64,000 nt of DNA from the NCBI GenBank assembly GCA_030704615.1, contig CM060731.1, positions 67,952,001 through 68,016,000 on the forward strand, read 5' to 3'. Position 1 is the first letter of the stretch, and the number at the start of each line of letters is the position of its first letter. Below, piece by piece: positions 12,713-26,399 of the stretch. This DNA comes from Takakia lepidozioides (Eukaryota > Plantae > Bryophyta). The notes beneath the pieces were generated by a model. The model was not told where the DNA came from. It searched no databases and worked only from the letters and a program-made list of their open reading frames with translations. The position numbers and the translations under genes were made by a program.

Positions 12713-14995
12713 TCATCTAAAAGGATTGAAGCACCTCAGTATCTTGGACAGGTGGTGGTGGTGTTTTACTGGTTCTCCTTTCAACTCTCCATCCGAAAAC
12801 ATTGAGTTGAAGAGAGAACCTAATCTAGTGGATTGTGCTGCTATGAGCTGTACCGTTGATGAGTCGTCTGATGGAAAGATTGCATTCCCATCATCCCAGT
12901 CTGCGATGGCTTTGTCAAGAAATTGCCAGAGAAGGGCTCCAGCTCCTGCCCCCCCTGCTTGGGCTGATAAATAAATGCTGTCATAAAATATATTGTACAC
13001 CACATCCCTTTGAGCAGGATCGAATCCAGCTGTTTTACTGGAGATTCCAAATTCAGTGAAGAGTACTGGTTGGTTGAGAACATCTGTTGCATCCTCAATA
13101 TGTGCACTCACCCACTTATCAAGGAATTGCATCTGGTCTGAAAATTCTGCATCTGCTTTCCTGCAGACACAATTGCGAATCCTTTCATTAGGCAGGCATT
13201 GGCCATCTCTTCTTAACTCAAGGTAGAAATGGTGCATTATTAACAGGACCAAAGGCACCTGCCCTTGTAAAAAAGGGGACCAGTTAGTGGTCAATGGTTT
13301 TAAGGGAAACCCACTGTTTCATTTCAAATTTCTGGCCACATATGTGACTTACCAGGAATCAGGATACGCATGTACAGTCGCAAAATCAATGCAAGGTGCC
13401 TGGTGGTTGCGGACGAAATCTGTGCCCACGGTAGCGGAATAGGAGTTTGCGTTGAACTGAGATCTCCCTCGGCTGTTCTCTTGATAAAAACCTTCCAGTC
13501 CCACGGTCAAGAGGTGCTTATTGTCCAGAGCCTTAACGCAGGCTGCCATTTCCTCAATCCACGCCTGCTCCCAATTTTGTGAATGGGTCAAAAGCAGCAA
13601 CTCAGCAAATGAACGGAAGTGGTCGAGTGCATGTATGTCATAATCGATGAGAGGATGGAGTTTTCTTATCCAAGTTACTTTAAAAGCCTACCGAGCTCTA
13701 CGGGACAGTAAGACTCTCTCATCAGGAGGAATCTTAAGGCAGCAAAGCGTGGAGAACTAGGAGATTAGTGACAATGGACTCCTTTCGATGGTTCCATATG
13801 ATTCTGCAATTTCATACGTACCTGAATACTATCGCCTGAAGGATCTGCAGTGCACCGGGGCTCATTGATCAGCTCCCATCCAAAGATTGTGGGATCATCA
13901 CAATACTGTACTCCGCTGATGGTGTTAACTCTTGTGAGCACAGCCTGCCACACAAAGGTGGGGAAAAGTTACTAATAGATAAGCATGGTACCGCCTATCG
14001 ACAATGCTTATACAGTTATTCAAGACTGTACTTGATTGATGTCTGAAAGACTAGCCAGGGTCTAGTTGCCAATTTTCCCTCTAAGGACTCTTTCAGCAGC
14101 AAGCAGCTCCAGAGAGTTGCAGGAAAGGTTTGCATGCTGCCAAAATTTCAACAAATCAAAAGTTGGATTCGTCGTCTCCTGGACATTGAAACTGAGCGAG
14201 ATTCACATGTGTCACACTATTTCTCGGCCCTGTTTAACTTGCGATTTTACCGTGACATGAGCTTTGTAGAACCCGCGAACGGTAGGATTTATGAAGAACA
14301 CATCATCCGTAGACCCAACATCGACGCCGGCCTCCCTTGCCCAAGCCACGTACTGATCCTTGCCACCATAATTGTCCCAGTTGTTGACGAGGCTCAGGAG
14401 CAGCCTCACTCCGTTCCGCCCTGCTTCAGCTATAGCAAAATCTAATCCCTGCAGTGTGGCAAGTCCATCCACACCTCTATTAAGCACTGTTCAAACCTGG
14501 AAGACTTCCTTGAAGACCCTAAACAAAACGGATTGTATGTACTGAGAGCAAAGAAATTCTGACACAGAGACAGGTACAAGGAAACAGAGCTCCAAAATGT
14601 AATGGACGCAGACAGACCACATTGTGAACAAGTTGAACGAGAAACAGACGGGCACAATGATGGCATACATAGAGACACGGAGATTACAAAGAATGGACAA
14701 AATTTGGAAAGGCAATTCGCAGCTGAAAGTGAGAGATGGAGACCTTGAAGACAGACTCGTCGTAATTTCCAGGCGAGATTTGGAGAGCTTGGTAGCCACC
14801 ATCATTGAATGCCCAAGTGCGGCAAACCGTGAGTCCCAAACCAGCCCCAAGCTGCAACACCGAGCTCACTCGTGGCCTGGTGGAGTCGTCAATGGATTGG
14901 ACCATAAGCCAGTACGAATTCCACCCATTAACATAGAAAGGCTTCCCATCTAACACGAACTGTATACCATTGGTCTGCACGAAAGATTCTGCCAT
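12713..14995 (-). CDS. GH5 endo-1,4-beta-mannanase. Exons 14995-14744, 14448-14251, 13944-13822, 13564-13353, 13160-12713
   Basis: [38 protein letters not shown] (acid/base Glu), [22 protein letters not shown] (nucleophile Glu); canonical splice sites. Confidence 0.93.
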
Positions 14996-15053
14996 CTTCC
15001 CTCCACACGCTTCGGCTGCTCCCGGATCAATGCTCCATCTCCGGCCCTGCTCC

Positions 15054-15061
15054 TACTTATA
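15054..15061 (-). promoter_or_regulatory. Putative TATA box of mannanase
   Basis: TATAAGTA on minus strand about 60 bp upstream of the ATG. Confidence 0.4.
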
Positions 15062-15761
15062 GCAACCGTTCTCTCTCCTCCAACAACACTTGTAATTTCT
15101 TTTAAGCAGCCCTAACTTCTTGGATTGCTTCATTTCATTTCACGCTTCCATCTTTCCTGCAGATCTACCACATTGCAATCTGCAAGGCACTTGCCTGCTC
15201 AATCGCCACATGTCCATCTTCCGCTCTGCGCTCTTGCGTCATCGTCTTCCTCGTCATCACAGCACCGACTTTGCAATGATTGATGAGCATCTCCGTCCGA
15301 CGACGCCATCCGCTCGTCCATGCTTCAGCCACAAGGTTTCAATGACATACGCATATCATATCTATATCCATCAAAGTTCCTCAGTGTTGCCAGTGAGGGT
15401 GATGAGGACTTCTGAGATGAATTGAAGGTTTGCAAGCATCCCTTCCATCATCAGAACTGCCGTATCTTCTGTTTCTCCATGTTTTCTCCATGTCCTGCCC
15501 CAGCCACGTCGGTCGCGGTGATTCAGGCTGTGGAACCTCAACAGTAACTTCAAAACAAAACAAACAATAAGATTATCAAACGCATCAGAAACATGCATGA
15601 CTAACTTCACCGAGAGACGTCAGGCTCATGATGTCTTGTTTCTCACATAATCCCTTGTATTGTTTTGTTTTGTTTTGTTTTGAAGGTCATGAGAAAGGTG
15701 CTCTTACATGATGATGGTGTGAAGGTCTCGTCTCTCGTCTCTTGTCTCTTCCACACGGCTC

Positions 15762-15793
<32 letters not shown>

Positions 15794-16204
15794 TTGGTCA
15801 TGATACCCGGACTCTCTTGGTACATGGCAAATGAATGCAGTGACCATCTACAGCCATAAGGTTCCCAATTTACCTCCATGGAAGGTGCTACAAACAGTCT
15901 AGTGTGGAGAAATCCATCACCATACACTTACAGATTATCACCATGAACTCAAATTTCAGTGGGCTTTTGCAACATGATAGACATTGAAGCCGGTGTGACA
16001 AGAGCTACTTGAGTCACAGGCTTTTTGGAGGTTGGTCATGTGCCATTGTGAGTTCTATATGTTATAAGTTTATGGTGATGTCCCAGTTTGGTGTCATGAG
16101 AGATAAAACTTACCCGAGAGACATATTTGGTGTCAAGAGCGCAATTGTTAGGCTTCTATGCGATGCGGCTTTGTTTGATGTATCAGGCTCCTTGACAACC
16201 AGCA

Positions 16205-16365
16205 TGTAGCCCAGTGGTAATGGGCACATACCACGCTGGGTTTAAACCACGGTCTGGTGTGTCATGAAGGTGTCCACCTTCCTAGCAGAAGGCAGTAGCC
16301 CTTCGGGTGAAGTGACTCCATAAGTTAATCTTCCTTCAGGACCGTCATACCTTTTTTTTTTTTTA
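16205..16365 (+). mobile_element. tRNA-derived SINE (family A)
   Basis: A-box TAGCCCAGTGG, B-box-like GGTTTAAACC; body matches reverse complement of 55088-55160. Confidence 0.55.
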
Positions 16366-16696
16366 TCAGGTTCCAACCTTTGACTAGGTACACCCATTCC
16401 AAGCCATTAATTTATGGTTGTGACTTCATTGACCCCCAACTTGCCCCCATGACCGCAGTGACTTTTCAGGTAGGAAGGAACCTCTTAGAGATCATTCACC
16501 CAAGATAATGTCTCCATTGTATTCGCACGACTATGTCGTGGAAACTTACCTTTAGCAATTGGACTTCTGTCTTTGCATCCATCCCTTTGAGACCGCACTA
16601 GCAAGCCACCAATATCGTCGTCAATTGAAGTACATAACGAAGAGAGCTCACAAGGAGTGTACTTTGAGATGATCAACCATTTCAAGAACGAACGAG

Positions 16697-17250
16697 TCAG
16701 TCAGTCAGAACCAGTGTTGTACTGGTATCAGTTTTAGGACATACCAGACTGGTCTTGGTACCAGACATATCGCAAAACTTTCATACCAGTCTGGTCTATA
16801 TAATAATAGATGTATCTTTTTCCAGATAATGGTATGAGTATGAGTATACTGACCACAATACCAGTTGGTATGAGATATCAATTTTGGTATAATTCCAAAG
16901 CCATCATTGAATAACAAGTTTATCAAATAGCAAGTATCAAGTGAAAACAAATACAATACAATAAAGAAATAAATATACATAAGTACAAATATGTAGGCAT
17001 ATGTACACATAAATTAGTATAGCATACATACCAGAGTAAATGAGGAAGATGCCGGGGGTGGGGGGGGGGGGGGGCGGAGGGGCTGGTATTGTGGCTGGTA
17101 TGAAAAAACTGATACCAGCCTGGTCCTGGTATATGACCAAGTATTCTCCCAGATTATACCAGACTGCTCTGGTATCTAATATCAGTGCATATACTTGTGC
17201 ACATACCATGCAATACCCTATATACTGGTACAACTGGTCTGAACCACTGA
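16697..17250. mobile_element. MITE-like element with imperfect TIRs and many internal ATACCAG motifs
   Basis: Left tcagtcagaaccagtgttgtactggtat vs right reverse complement tcagtggttcagaccagttgtaccagtat; no TSD found. Confidence 0.55.
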
Positions 17251-17404
17251 TTGAATTGAATCTCTTGTAGTTGAAGCTTGTTTACAATTGATCTGTGACC
17301 TAATTTCAATTTCTTCAACATCAAGTTTGACTGCCGCTCCCAGGTTTCCTTTAAAATTTTAAGATTTTTTTTTTGACTAATAGGTAATAATTAGGCTTTC
17401 TTCA

Positions 17405-17655
17405 AACCTTTTTTTAAAGAAAAAAATTAAAAGGGAAACACACCGGAGAGCGACAGCTCACAAATCAGGCCCTTTAATTATAGTGAGAGGAAAATGACCT
17501 CTTTCCGAGTAACCTCGCCGTGAAGGCTTTCTCATGGACACCGCCCAAGGGAAAGGGGAGAAGAACATACTGCAGCCATCAAGGTAGTAGGATTTGACCC
17601 AGATCCATTTGGGTGGCACTGAGTGCACTATCCAACTGAGCTACCAATAGTGACT
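17405..17655 (-). mobile_element. tRNA-derived SINE (family B)
   Basis: A-box TAGCTCAGTTGG, B-box GGTCAAATCC; 3' tail aagggcctgatttgtgagctgtc...tttccctt + A-rich end shared with 55190-55387. Confidence 0.7.
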
Positions 17656-17787
17656 GACACTTTTCTTTTTCTTTTTAAGAAAAGAAAAATCTTTGGACAC
17701 TATGTACCCACAATTCATTTGGCCAGTTTGGGAAGGTCAGGCAACCTAACACTGTGGGAAAAGCCAATCAGTGGGGCCGCGGGAGGC

Positions 17788-18015
17788 TTGGAGAGGAGGG
17801 AAATGGCTCGACAGGGTGCAGACATATGTATGCCTAGGCTAGCGTAGAAGTAGGAGGCAGTTCTTGGAGAGGAGGGAAATGGCTCGACAGGGTGCAGACA
17901 CCTGTATGCCTAGGCTATCGTAGAAGTAGGAGGCAGTGCTTGGAGAGGAGGGAAATGGCTCGACAGGGTGCAGACACCTGTATGCCTAGGCTATCGTAGA
18001 AGTAGGAGGCAGTGT
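17788..18015 (+). repeat. Three copies of a 76-bp tandem repeat
   Basis: ttggagaggagggaaatggctcgacaggg at 17788, 17864, 17940. Confidence 0.95.
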
Positions 18016-18296
18016 TTTTCTTTCTGGCGAAAAATCGCCAAATTTCAACCTGGAAACTCGGTTAGCTACTTGTACAAAGGAATTATAGAGGGTAAAATCT
18101 GAGATTTTCGCCAGAAAGCATCAGGAGATAAATTTCAGGAGCCTAATTTTGCCGAAGTGGAACAATGATAACGTGACACCTGGAATATAGCCACTTTTCT
18201 AACTTTGTCACCTCGATATTCTCGCCACATGGGCACTCGGTGAAATTCACAGGTGGCCCCGCCAGCAATTTTGGAAATATGAGAAAAAAAACACTA
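18010..18296. mobile_element. Non-autonomous hAT-like MITE
   Basis: TIRs CAGTGTTTTT / AAAAAACACTA; 8-bp TSD GTAGGAGG / ATAGGAGG (1 mismatch). Confidence 0.75.
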
Positions 18297-21200
18297 ATAG
18301 GAGGGTCAATGGGAGGTAGAGAGCTGGAAGGTCTTTTTTATAAGGCATGGGAAGGGGCGGTGGGCCCAAGACAGAAGACACGTGTACGCCCTCCTTCTAC
18401 TTCTAGAGCTTTGTAGAAGAAGCAGCGGGATGAGGGGGTGGGCCCGTTCTAGAAGGCTCCACCACAGCCTCCAAAGACTATATAAGGAGGTTGAGAGGTA
18501 TACATTTTATTAGGTTTCTTCCGCCTCCCTTTGGTGGGCTCTGCAAGCAAGGCCCCTTAGAAAATAAAAATTTAGAACCTGAACCATCATCTAATTAAAA
18601 ATCATGCATGGGCATGTGTCACCTTCTTGCCTTCTTTTTTTGGACCTTTTATTTCATTCCTTAATATAGGTGGCCTTATTAAATTAGCCCCCTTTTTTTT
18701 CTTTTTTTTCTTGAGACAAAGGGGACAGAGGCCCTTTTAATCAAATTAAATCAGGTAAATGTTCACAAAAAGGTGGAAAAAATAACCACCAGGGAGGCCG
18801 TAAGGCTCACTGAGGGGGGAACATCCCCGTAACCACAGCATACGAGCTACAAGCAGGGGAAAAAAAAGGGGGGGGGGGGGGGGGGGGGGGGGGGGGAGGG
18901 AGTAGTAGGATGTCGCATCCCGTGCACCAAGAGAAAACTGGAACTAAAAATCTAGGCCTGATAAGTAACGTAAAACCAAGCCTAAGAATGATGATAGACA
19001 AGGAAGATTAAGAAGACTTGAGATAGTTCAAGGAAGCTCCATCCTCCATGACAGGAAGCTAGGGAAAAAGATTAAAGAGGGCCAAGTACTACAAACTAAA
19101 ACCTCAACTGGGTCCTGAACTTGGTCATATGAGGCTTCTTGTGTCTCCAATTAAAATCCGCATCATCTCCTTCACCAAGGGACAGTCCAATGAGCTAGAG
19201 TGGTGACTTTCCAACAGAATCGCAAGTTGGGAAGCATGGTTCCGATAGTGTCATTTTTCCCCCAGGACTGGTAAAAGTCATTGATGAGCTGCATGTAGTG
19301 TGAATGCAAGGGAGTAACATTGAAATTTTTGTTGGACGAATCATGAAATTTTTGTGGGAATCAAATACGGCATTGGTGAAAAAGGGAGTGCCTGGTACTA
19401 ATGTCGGGAGGGAATTACCCAGGACTACAGGTAATTCCATGAGAACACTATACTCTTGCTCTGCCAGGACAAAATATGGCTAAGTCATAACATGCGCATT
19501 TTTCATCCTTGGAATGAATGATTTTCGTCGCGTATGTTTAACCTAGAAACTCGAGCTGAGGAAAATGAGGAGGAAGACGACGGGCAACTCTTCGCAGCTG
19601 CTGCCGTAGTGGTGTCAGGCAGGCTGGCTTGGGAACTTACACCTGCGCCATGTGAATCAGCTTGCCTTAAAGCGCGACGTTAAGGGATCTGCTTGGCATT
19701 TTGTGCAAGGAGAAGCGGTGCCTCTTTCTGCGTGGTAATGATCAATTTTGAAAGCTGAGCAGGTGCTGAGAGCGGTGCACTACCGCTGCCGCCATTGTCT
19801 TGAAGAGTACAGTTATGAGGAGATGGAGCGTAGCAACAGCTATTGGGGCATGAGAAGTGCAGGCTGGTGTGGATGCGATTCAGGTTATCTGTAATTAAAG
19901 ACTTGTAGTTGCTTTCTGTCTTAGAACTGTAGGAGCACATCAATCCTTAGGGTAGAAGTGCACATGTAGAAGGATAGGGTAGAGGTTGGCAAGCACAAGG
20001 ATGTTGCCAGCTAATGAAGCAAGCCGTCATGACATGATGAGAACTGGAATCAAGATGAGGAGAAGCGTTGAATATGGCTGATGACAGCGATGGTGAGGTG
20101 CCAGCTTGGCAGGCAGAACCACCGCTTCACACGAGTATAAGACAGATAAGTTCTAAGAGTGTTGGCTTCCTTTTTTGGCACTTAGGAATGACTTTGTGAA
20201 GTTTTTGGAACTGTCTCTTGTATCTACTGAAGGGGACAGAAATGTGAGGAGTAGAAAAGGCCTTCGAAAAATGGAATGAGGACACTAGAATTCAAACCAG
20301 GATAGGGTGGAGATGGATGCACCTGTTGTTACACTGTTATTAGGAAAATGAGAGGGGACAGGGATATCTCACCTCAGGGTCAGAATGGTTGCTGTTCTTG
20401 TGTTCCTTTTCTTTGTTTTCAGTGTCTTCAGCCAGCAAACCAAGGCAGCCTTGGATGTTAAAACAGTGGAGCCAGTGTAGAACTAGCTTAGTGGAATGAG
20501 GAAAACAAGGATGGTCATTCAGAAACTGATTTGAAGAGCTAAGAAGGGATGACGTGGATGGGGAAGAAAAGTCAATGCTGTTTTGGGGTTTTGATCTGAT
20601 TTCTAGAAGTGTTCTCAACATGTGAATGACTGATGTTCGAAGTTGAGGAGAAAAGGAGAGCTGTCAGGGTGTGTGATTCGAGATCTGTAGAAGGGTTGTG
20701 AAGCACCTTGACCAAACAGGATCCACTTGAGGGAAAGGTAGTGCAAGGACCAGTCACTGGAAAGAGAGAGAGAAAAAGACTGACAGAGGGGCAGATTATC
20801 TCTTGTGTGACCAAGGTTGACTTCAATGATGGATGCACTGGATGCCTGGCTGGATGTGCATTGCATTGCATCGTAGCCATGCTGTTGTGGAGAAAAGTAA
20901 GGAATCCACACATGAAAGAAAAAGAGTGTGAGAGAAGAAAAAGTGAAGAAGGGAGAAAGGATTGATGAGGGATGGACAAATGGAGAGCCAAGGTCAAGAA
21001 GACATGAACCCTGAATGATCAAACTAGTGGGCCTGCAGTTCATGGCATATCTGAGCTGCCCATCCACCTAGACCGTGATCTCATTACAAAAAGGGGCTTC
21101 CGACATGTTGCTGACCAAGGGAACTGCCCACAAGGGCAGTGTTTCATCACTGACATAGGGCTGATTGCATCACTGAATACATCGCACCAGCATAGCTGGT

Positions 21201-21459
21201 GCTGTACCTGCAGGTAGGGGATGTTGTGTAAAAGGTAGAACCAAGAGTGAACAACAAATTGACTCCCCATCCATGTCTTCTCTTCCGCTGCGGCGTGGAT
21301 GAGGATTGCTTGAACTCTGATCACGAAGGAGCTGAGGGAAACCCACAGCCAAGTGATAACAGTTGGACAGACTGGAACAACATTTCTTTCTTTTGCTCCG
21401 CTTAGAATGGAGGGGAGCACAATTAGAATTATACATAAGGGGATTCACGCCCCTTCTTT

Positions 21460-24400
21460 TCACACTACATGCCTGCCACGTTCTTCAGAAGACCTGGAAA
21501 CAGCTACACACAAGGTTCCCCAAGCCTTCCTCGCCTCAGTAAGCAGGTCTTGATATATATTAAACAGAATAGACTTGCCCCTGGGGGATCTTCCCTCATA
21601 CATCTGAGAACACCTAACCTTCCACAGGTTCCACAAGGTTAGAGCCCCCAGATTGGCCCAAACTGGGCATGAAGTAGGACTAAAAGAAGGCTGGAAATTC
21701 AAGAGCAGCAAAGAGGAAGAGATGGGGGATGGGGAAGGTATCCCAATTAGAGTAGAAACACATCACAGCTTTCCAAACTCTGGCAAGAAAAGGGCAGTCA
21801 GCCAGGCTGAGCCATGCATAAACCGCAAGAGGTGTTATTGAACAAGGTCTTGACATTGATTGGTAAGATCTTATGAGCCAATTTCCACAAGAAAGCTGAG
21901 ATTTTAGCTACCCTATGTTTCTTCCACATATCTTTCCATACCGAGTCCCAGTTGGCTGCTGACAGGTTCAAGTGGCTCCACTTTTCAGACCACCTAGATA
22001 AGAAAGAGGTGGGTCCTTCGAGGTGGTCATCCTCCGTGTCTGACTTGTGCTCTTCATAAAACTTTGTAATATCCAGAAGTCCATAATGTGGTTAAAAGAT
22101 ATTACTTTAATATTGTCTGTCTCATTCCTGGACAACAGAGAATAACCCATCTTAACTGTATAAGCAAAGAAAGGGGAGTGGTGGTCATCTGTCCAACTCC
22201 ACTCCCCTGGGTCAAATTGTAAAGCAACCAAGGGGTACTTAAGAAACCAAGTGAAGGTAGAGTGCAAGGCCCATTGCATTTCCAGCCCTGGCGGCGGGGT
22301 TGGATTGGCAGTCCCCTTCTCATCCAGCACTCTAATAGGGAAGAGGAGCTGCTTCTGGATATCCAAACAACCCGCGACACGAAGGCTGCCCTCACAATCT
22401 ACCACAAAAGCAATCCCAGAAGCCATATTCCATTGAGGGAGAGAACCAAAAGGATCGTGTTACCACCATTGCTTGATGCAGCAGTCCAGATTGGCGGTGT
22501 CTCCACATCGTCACTGTTGCTCAAGGGAGGACCGGGCCCTGGCACGTCTGGTGCCCACAATTTGAGACACAGTAGCTGTAGGAAGAAGATGCTGCCTAGA
22601 TGAGTAAGGCCACAGCTCCCAGAAACCCCACCCTGGTTTTTGACGGGACAACCTTTCTGAGTTGATTAAGCTGTTCCCAAAAAGGGGCTGACGGTAGGCT
22701 TCTGCATAATATACCGGTCTTCTTTGGACAAGCTTAGCCCTGATAGACTGCCAAGCCACCCAAATGGATTGCCATGGGCGAGATCCCAAGTTCACTTTAG
22801 CATTTTTCCCCTGAACAATCCATCGAAGGGAGTCGGCCCACAGGTGGGATGAGGAGGGTTTGGCCCCCATCAGATAGGGCTGGATTAACTTATTCCACGG
22901 GCTGTGACGATGAACAATGGCTCTAGGAATCCATTTAGCCAGAAGGGCCTTGATTTGAGTTGCCGGATCCAAAATACCAAGACATCCTCTTTTTTTTGGC
23001 TGTCACAGTTGTTCCCATGAGAGAAGAGCGCGCCTCACCGGGGATTGAGTGGTTGCACCCCAGATAAAGTTCCAAATGAGAGCTTTGATTTCTTTCACCA
23101 TCGAGGTACCCGGGTCCCAAACCGTTGCAGAAAACCAGCAGGAGCCAAGAAGCACTTGGTTTGCCACCAGAGCTCGACCAGCGATTGATAGCATGGATGA
23201 GCTCCAATGAGCAAGAGATTTTTTTAACCTAGAGATGACATTCTGCATTCTGCTCTGCTGGGACAGATTAAGACCTATCTGATGCCCAAGTAGGGTGTGA
23301 GATTCACCCTCACTAAGCCAATTAAGACCAATGTCTTGCCCCCAAGCGCTACAGTGGGAAGAGGCAGCCTGACTGTGCATCGCCGAGAGAATCTCCGTGG
23401 ATTTCAGCCAGTTAATGTTCAAACCAGAACCCAAGCAAAAATGTGCAAGGCTTGTACCGCACGGTCAATATTCTGTCTGTTTGAATTGTCCAGCAGTAAA
23501 GTGGTATCATCAGCATACATGGACAGTTTTACCATTTCGGTGCAAATGTGGGCAAGTGAAGGCCCACAATGTCCTGCCTGGCTTCAAACAGGTGCCCAAG
23601 AGAGTCAGCTGCAATGAGAAAAATGAAAGGTGCCAAGGGGCAACCCTGTCTTACCGACCTTGAAATAGGGACAGATTGGGAGATGACCCCACCATAACCT
23701 TACTGGAAGCAGACCTTAGAAGAATCCCCACCCAAGACAAGAAGTGACCATTCAAGCTAGTCTTTTCCAACGCAGCAAGGAAGAAGGTCCAATCAATCGA
23801 GTCAAAAGCCTTTTCGAAATCCAACATTAAGAAAGCAAGGGGCTGGTTGTTCAAGGTAGCCCGGTGAAGCGCTTCATGGGCAAGTAGAATATTATCAAGA
23901 ATCATACGGTCCTTAAGGAAGCCAGTCTGCTCCTTCCTAATGATTTTTGGAAGCAGGGGTTGGATCCTTAAAGCCAGCGCTTTGGCGATAATCTTATAAG
24001 TAGAGTTGAGCAAGGTAATAGGGCGGTAGTTAGCCACCTTATCCCTCTCCCCTTTTTTGTAGATGAGAGTGATAAGACCCTCCAAAATCTGAGAGGGCAT
24101 CAATTGTTTGAGGAGGATGTCGTTGGCCATATTGAGAAAGTCATCACCCAAAGTGCCCCATAAGGCTTTGAACAATTCAACAGGCAGACCATCCGGGCCC
24201 GGACTTTGAGAGAAGGCAGGGCTTCCCGAATTCAGACACAGTAAATGGTTCTGCCAGATTGGCTCTGTCCTCATCAGACAAGGAACAAGGAATGTTCCTA
24301 AGGAGAGTGTTTCTGGCCTCCACCACCTCGGGAGTGTGATCTGTTTTTTGGAAGAGCTGCCTGAAGAAGTCAGCTGCAATGCCAACCATCTTCTTTGGGA

Positions 24401-24892
24401 CAGTACTTGGGAGACCAGAGTTGTCAGACAGAGAGGGGAGAAAAGTAGAAGCTCGACGTTGGGCCGCTTTGACGAAAAAATATCTAGACATTTTCCCCCC
24501 CTTAAGTGACCAATTGACCCCCGCCTTGACCCTAATGAATTGCTGCCTAGAATGCAGAAGTAAGGATAGGTTTTTCTTAGCAGTCTTGTAAGAGATCAGG
24601 GTTTGTGGGTTGTCTTTTCCCTTTTGCATCTGAAACTGACAAATATGTAGGCATTTAGTTAGCGTTTTCTCTTTTCTGGAGGACTCTTCCGCTATTTTCC
24701 TAGACAGTTGCTGACATTTACTTCTAAGACTCTGAAGCTTCGAAAGAAAGAGGAGTGGGGGAGGAAAATGGAAGGTCAGCAGAGGACCAAACCCTTTGAA
24801 GCTGGAGGATAATCTTCGGGTCTTTGAGAAGGAGAGGGTTTAACTTAAAGAAACCTCTACCCCTTACCCTAGCCCCCGGGGTGTGGAGAGAG
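21460..24892 (-). mobile_element. Decayed L1-clade LINE ORF2 (end of endonuclease, RT, zf-RVT/C-terminus)
   Basis: GFFKLN, KSPGPDG, NYRPITLLNSTYKI, QTGF, LDFEKAFDSIDW, YADD, GLNINWLKS, LSIAGR, LWNLWKVR; multiple frameshifts. Confidence 0.88.
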
Positions 24893-25741
24893 CCTGGGGG
24901 GTGCACTCCTCATTAAATGTACCAGCCACGTGCGTGCACAGGAGGGGGTATTTTAAACCCCCCCATGTACAACATTATACATACAGAGGGGGGTTTAAAA
25001 CACCTTAAATATAATTTTACAGGAGGGGGTTGTTGTGTTTTAAGGGGTAGTGTAGTGGTAAGAGCGACGTTTTGACCGCGGGATCAAATCGCGGGATCAT
25101 CTTTTTGTTTTTTTTGTTTTTTTTCTCTACGCGGTCTTTCTCCCCTTCCCTCCCACCGCTTTCTCTTTTCCCTCCTCTCATCTCCTCTCCACTCCTCTCC
25201 CGCATTCGCCTTCCCTTCCGCGGGCTTTCTCTTTTCCCTCCTCTCCCCTCCTCTCCACAGGGCATGGTATTCTTCCTGATGTTTACAAGGTTTAGGGGAG
25301 AGTTTAGGGAAGCGATCCTTTTTGGTTGATGGGAGGGCAAATCCTCCATGGGTCATGACACAAGGTCAAGGACAATGTGGTGAGGGCACCTTCTTCTTCG
25401 ACCTATTTCAGCCTGTCTTGCCCTCTCATCAGAGTCGGCCCTAAATTTGTAGCACTGAGCAGACCTAGCATGAGTTTTTAGAAGATTGACAATGGTGGGA
25501 CAACGGCAATCGCAAGGTGTGGCGTTTTCTTAAGGTACGATGTGAAGATTTTTTTCCATCCTGCTATTGCAGGCTCTTGCCTCCTGTTAGTACCTGATTT
25601 GGTATTCTTCCAGATGTTTATAAGGTTATTGGGAGAGTCAGCTTGTTCTAAGCAGGCCGTGCTCAGCTGCACCGTGGTGGTTCTCACTGACCAATCCGTC
25701 GTTACCTGACTGCAGACAAGTATGCACACACAAGAGGTCCT

Positions 25742-26080
25742 CTTTTGATCTCAGTCCAAACCAGGAAGTGGTCAGAGGTACCAATATCAGTTTTGTCGAT
25801 CAACACATTGGCACACTGGGGGAACAAATTTTTGTCCATTATGATATAGTCCACAATGGAACGTTTAGGGTTTGGGATTTCTCACGAGTCCACTGCACTT
25901 GGTCACCTACAGTTGAAGTCCTTGCCCTTGGTTGTCTTCCTAGAGCGCCCCATTGAATCACCAATGTGTAAGACCGCTCTCCAGCCAGTCAAGGGACAGA
26001 CTTCTTTGAGATTGAATTGATGTGGGACTCTATTAGAAGCACTTTTGGTCATTGCAACCTTCAACGTACACCTGTTATCA
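25742..26080 (-). mobile_element. Internally deleted fragment of the RTE-like LINE inside the pack element
   Basis: Reverse complement matches ~5340-5508 joined directly to ~6503-6670. Confidence 0.85.
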
Positions 26081-26399
26081 ATGAGAGAACCCCGGACAGT
26101 GTATCAGAAAATGAATATTGTCTTCAGATTGCAGTAGCGGCAAAATTGATAAAATCAGGCATTGCTGATGAAGGCACCTTCTTCAAGACTTTTCACCCTG
26201 TTTTCCCCTCCTACCAGAATCGGCCCTAAATTTTCATGTTGAATTATGCAAGTTAGCTGGTTGAGTGAATCTAGGATAGTTTGGAATGACTTTGACATGA
26301 TACTGCCAATGTGACAACAGGAAAGTATCCAGAAACAGGTAACAAAGACGAGGAGAAGTTGTGGAATGAATATTTTTCTGACTCCAGACAATGGTAGGA

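Noticed and set aside
17580-17655. Functional tRNA gene
   Set aside because: Only A/B boxes, no complete cloverleaf, and it continues into a SINE tail
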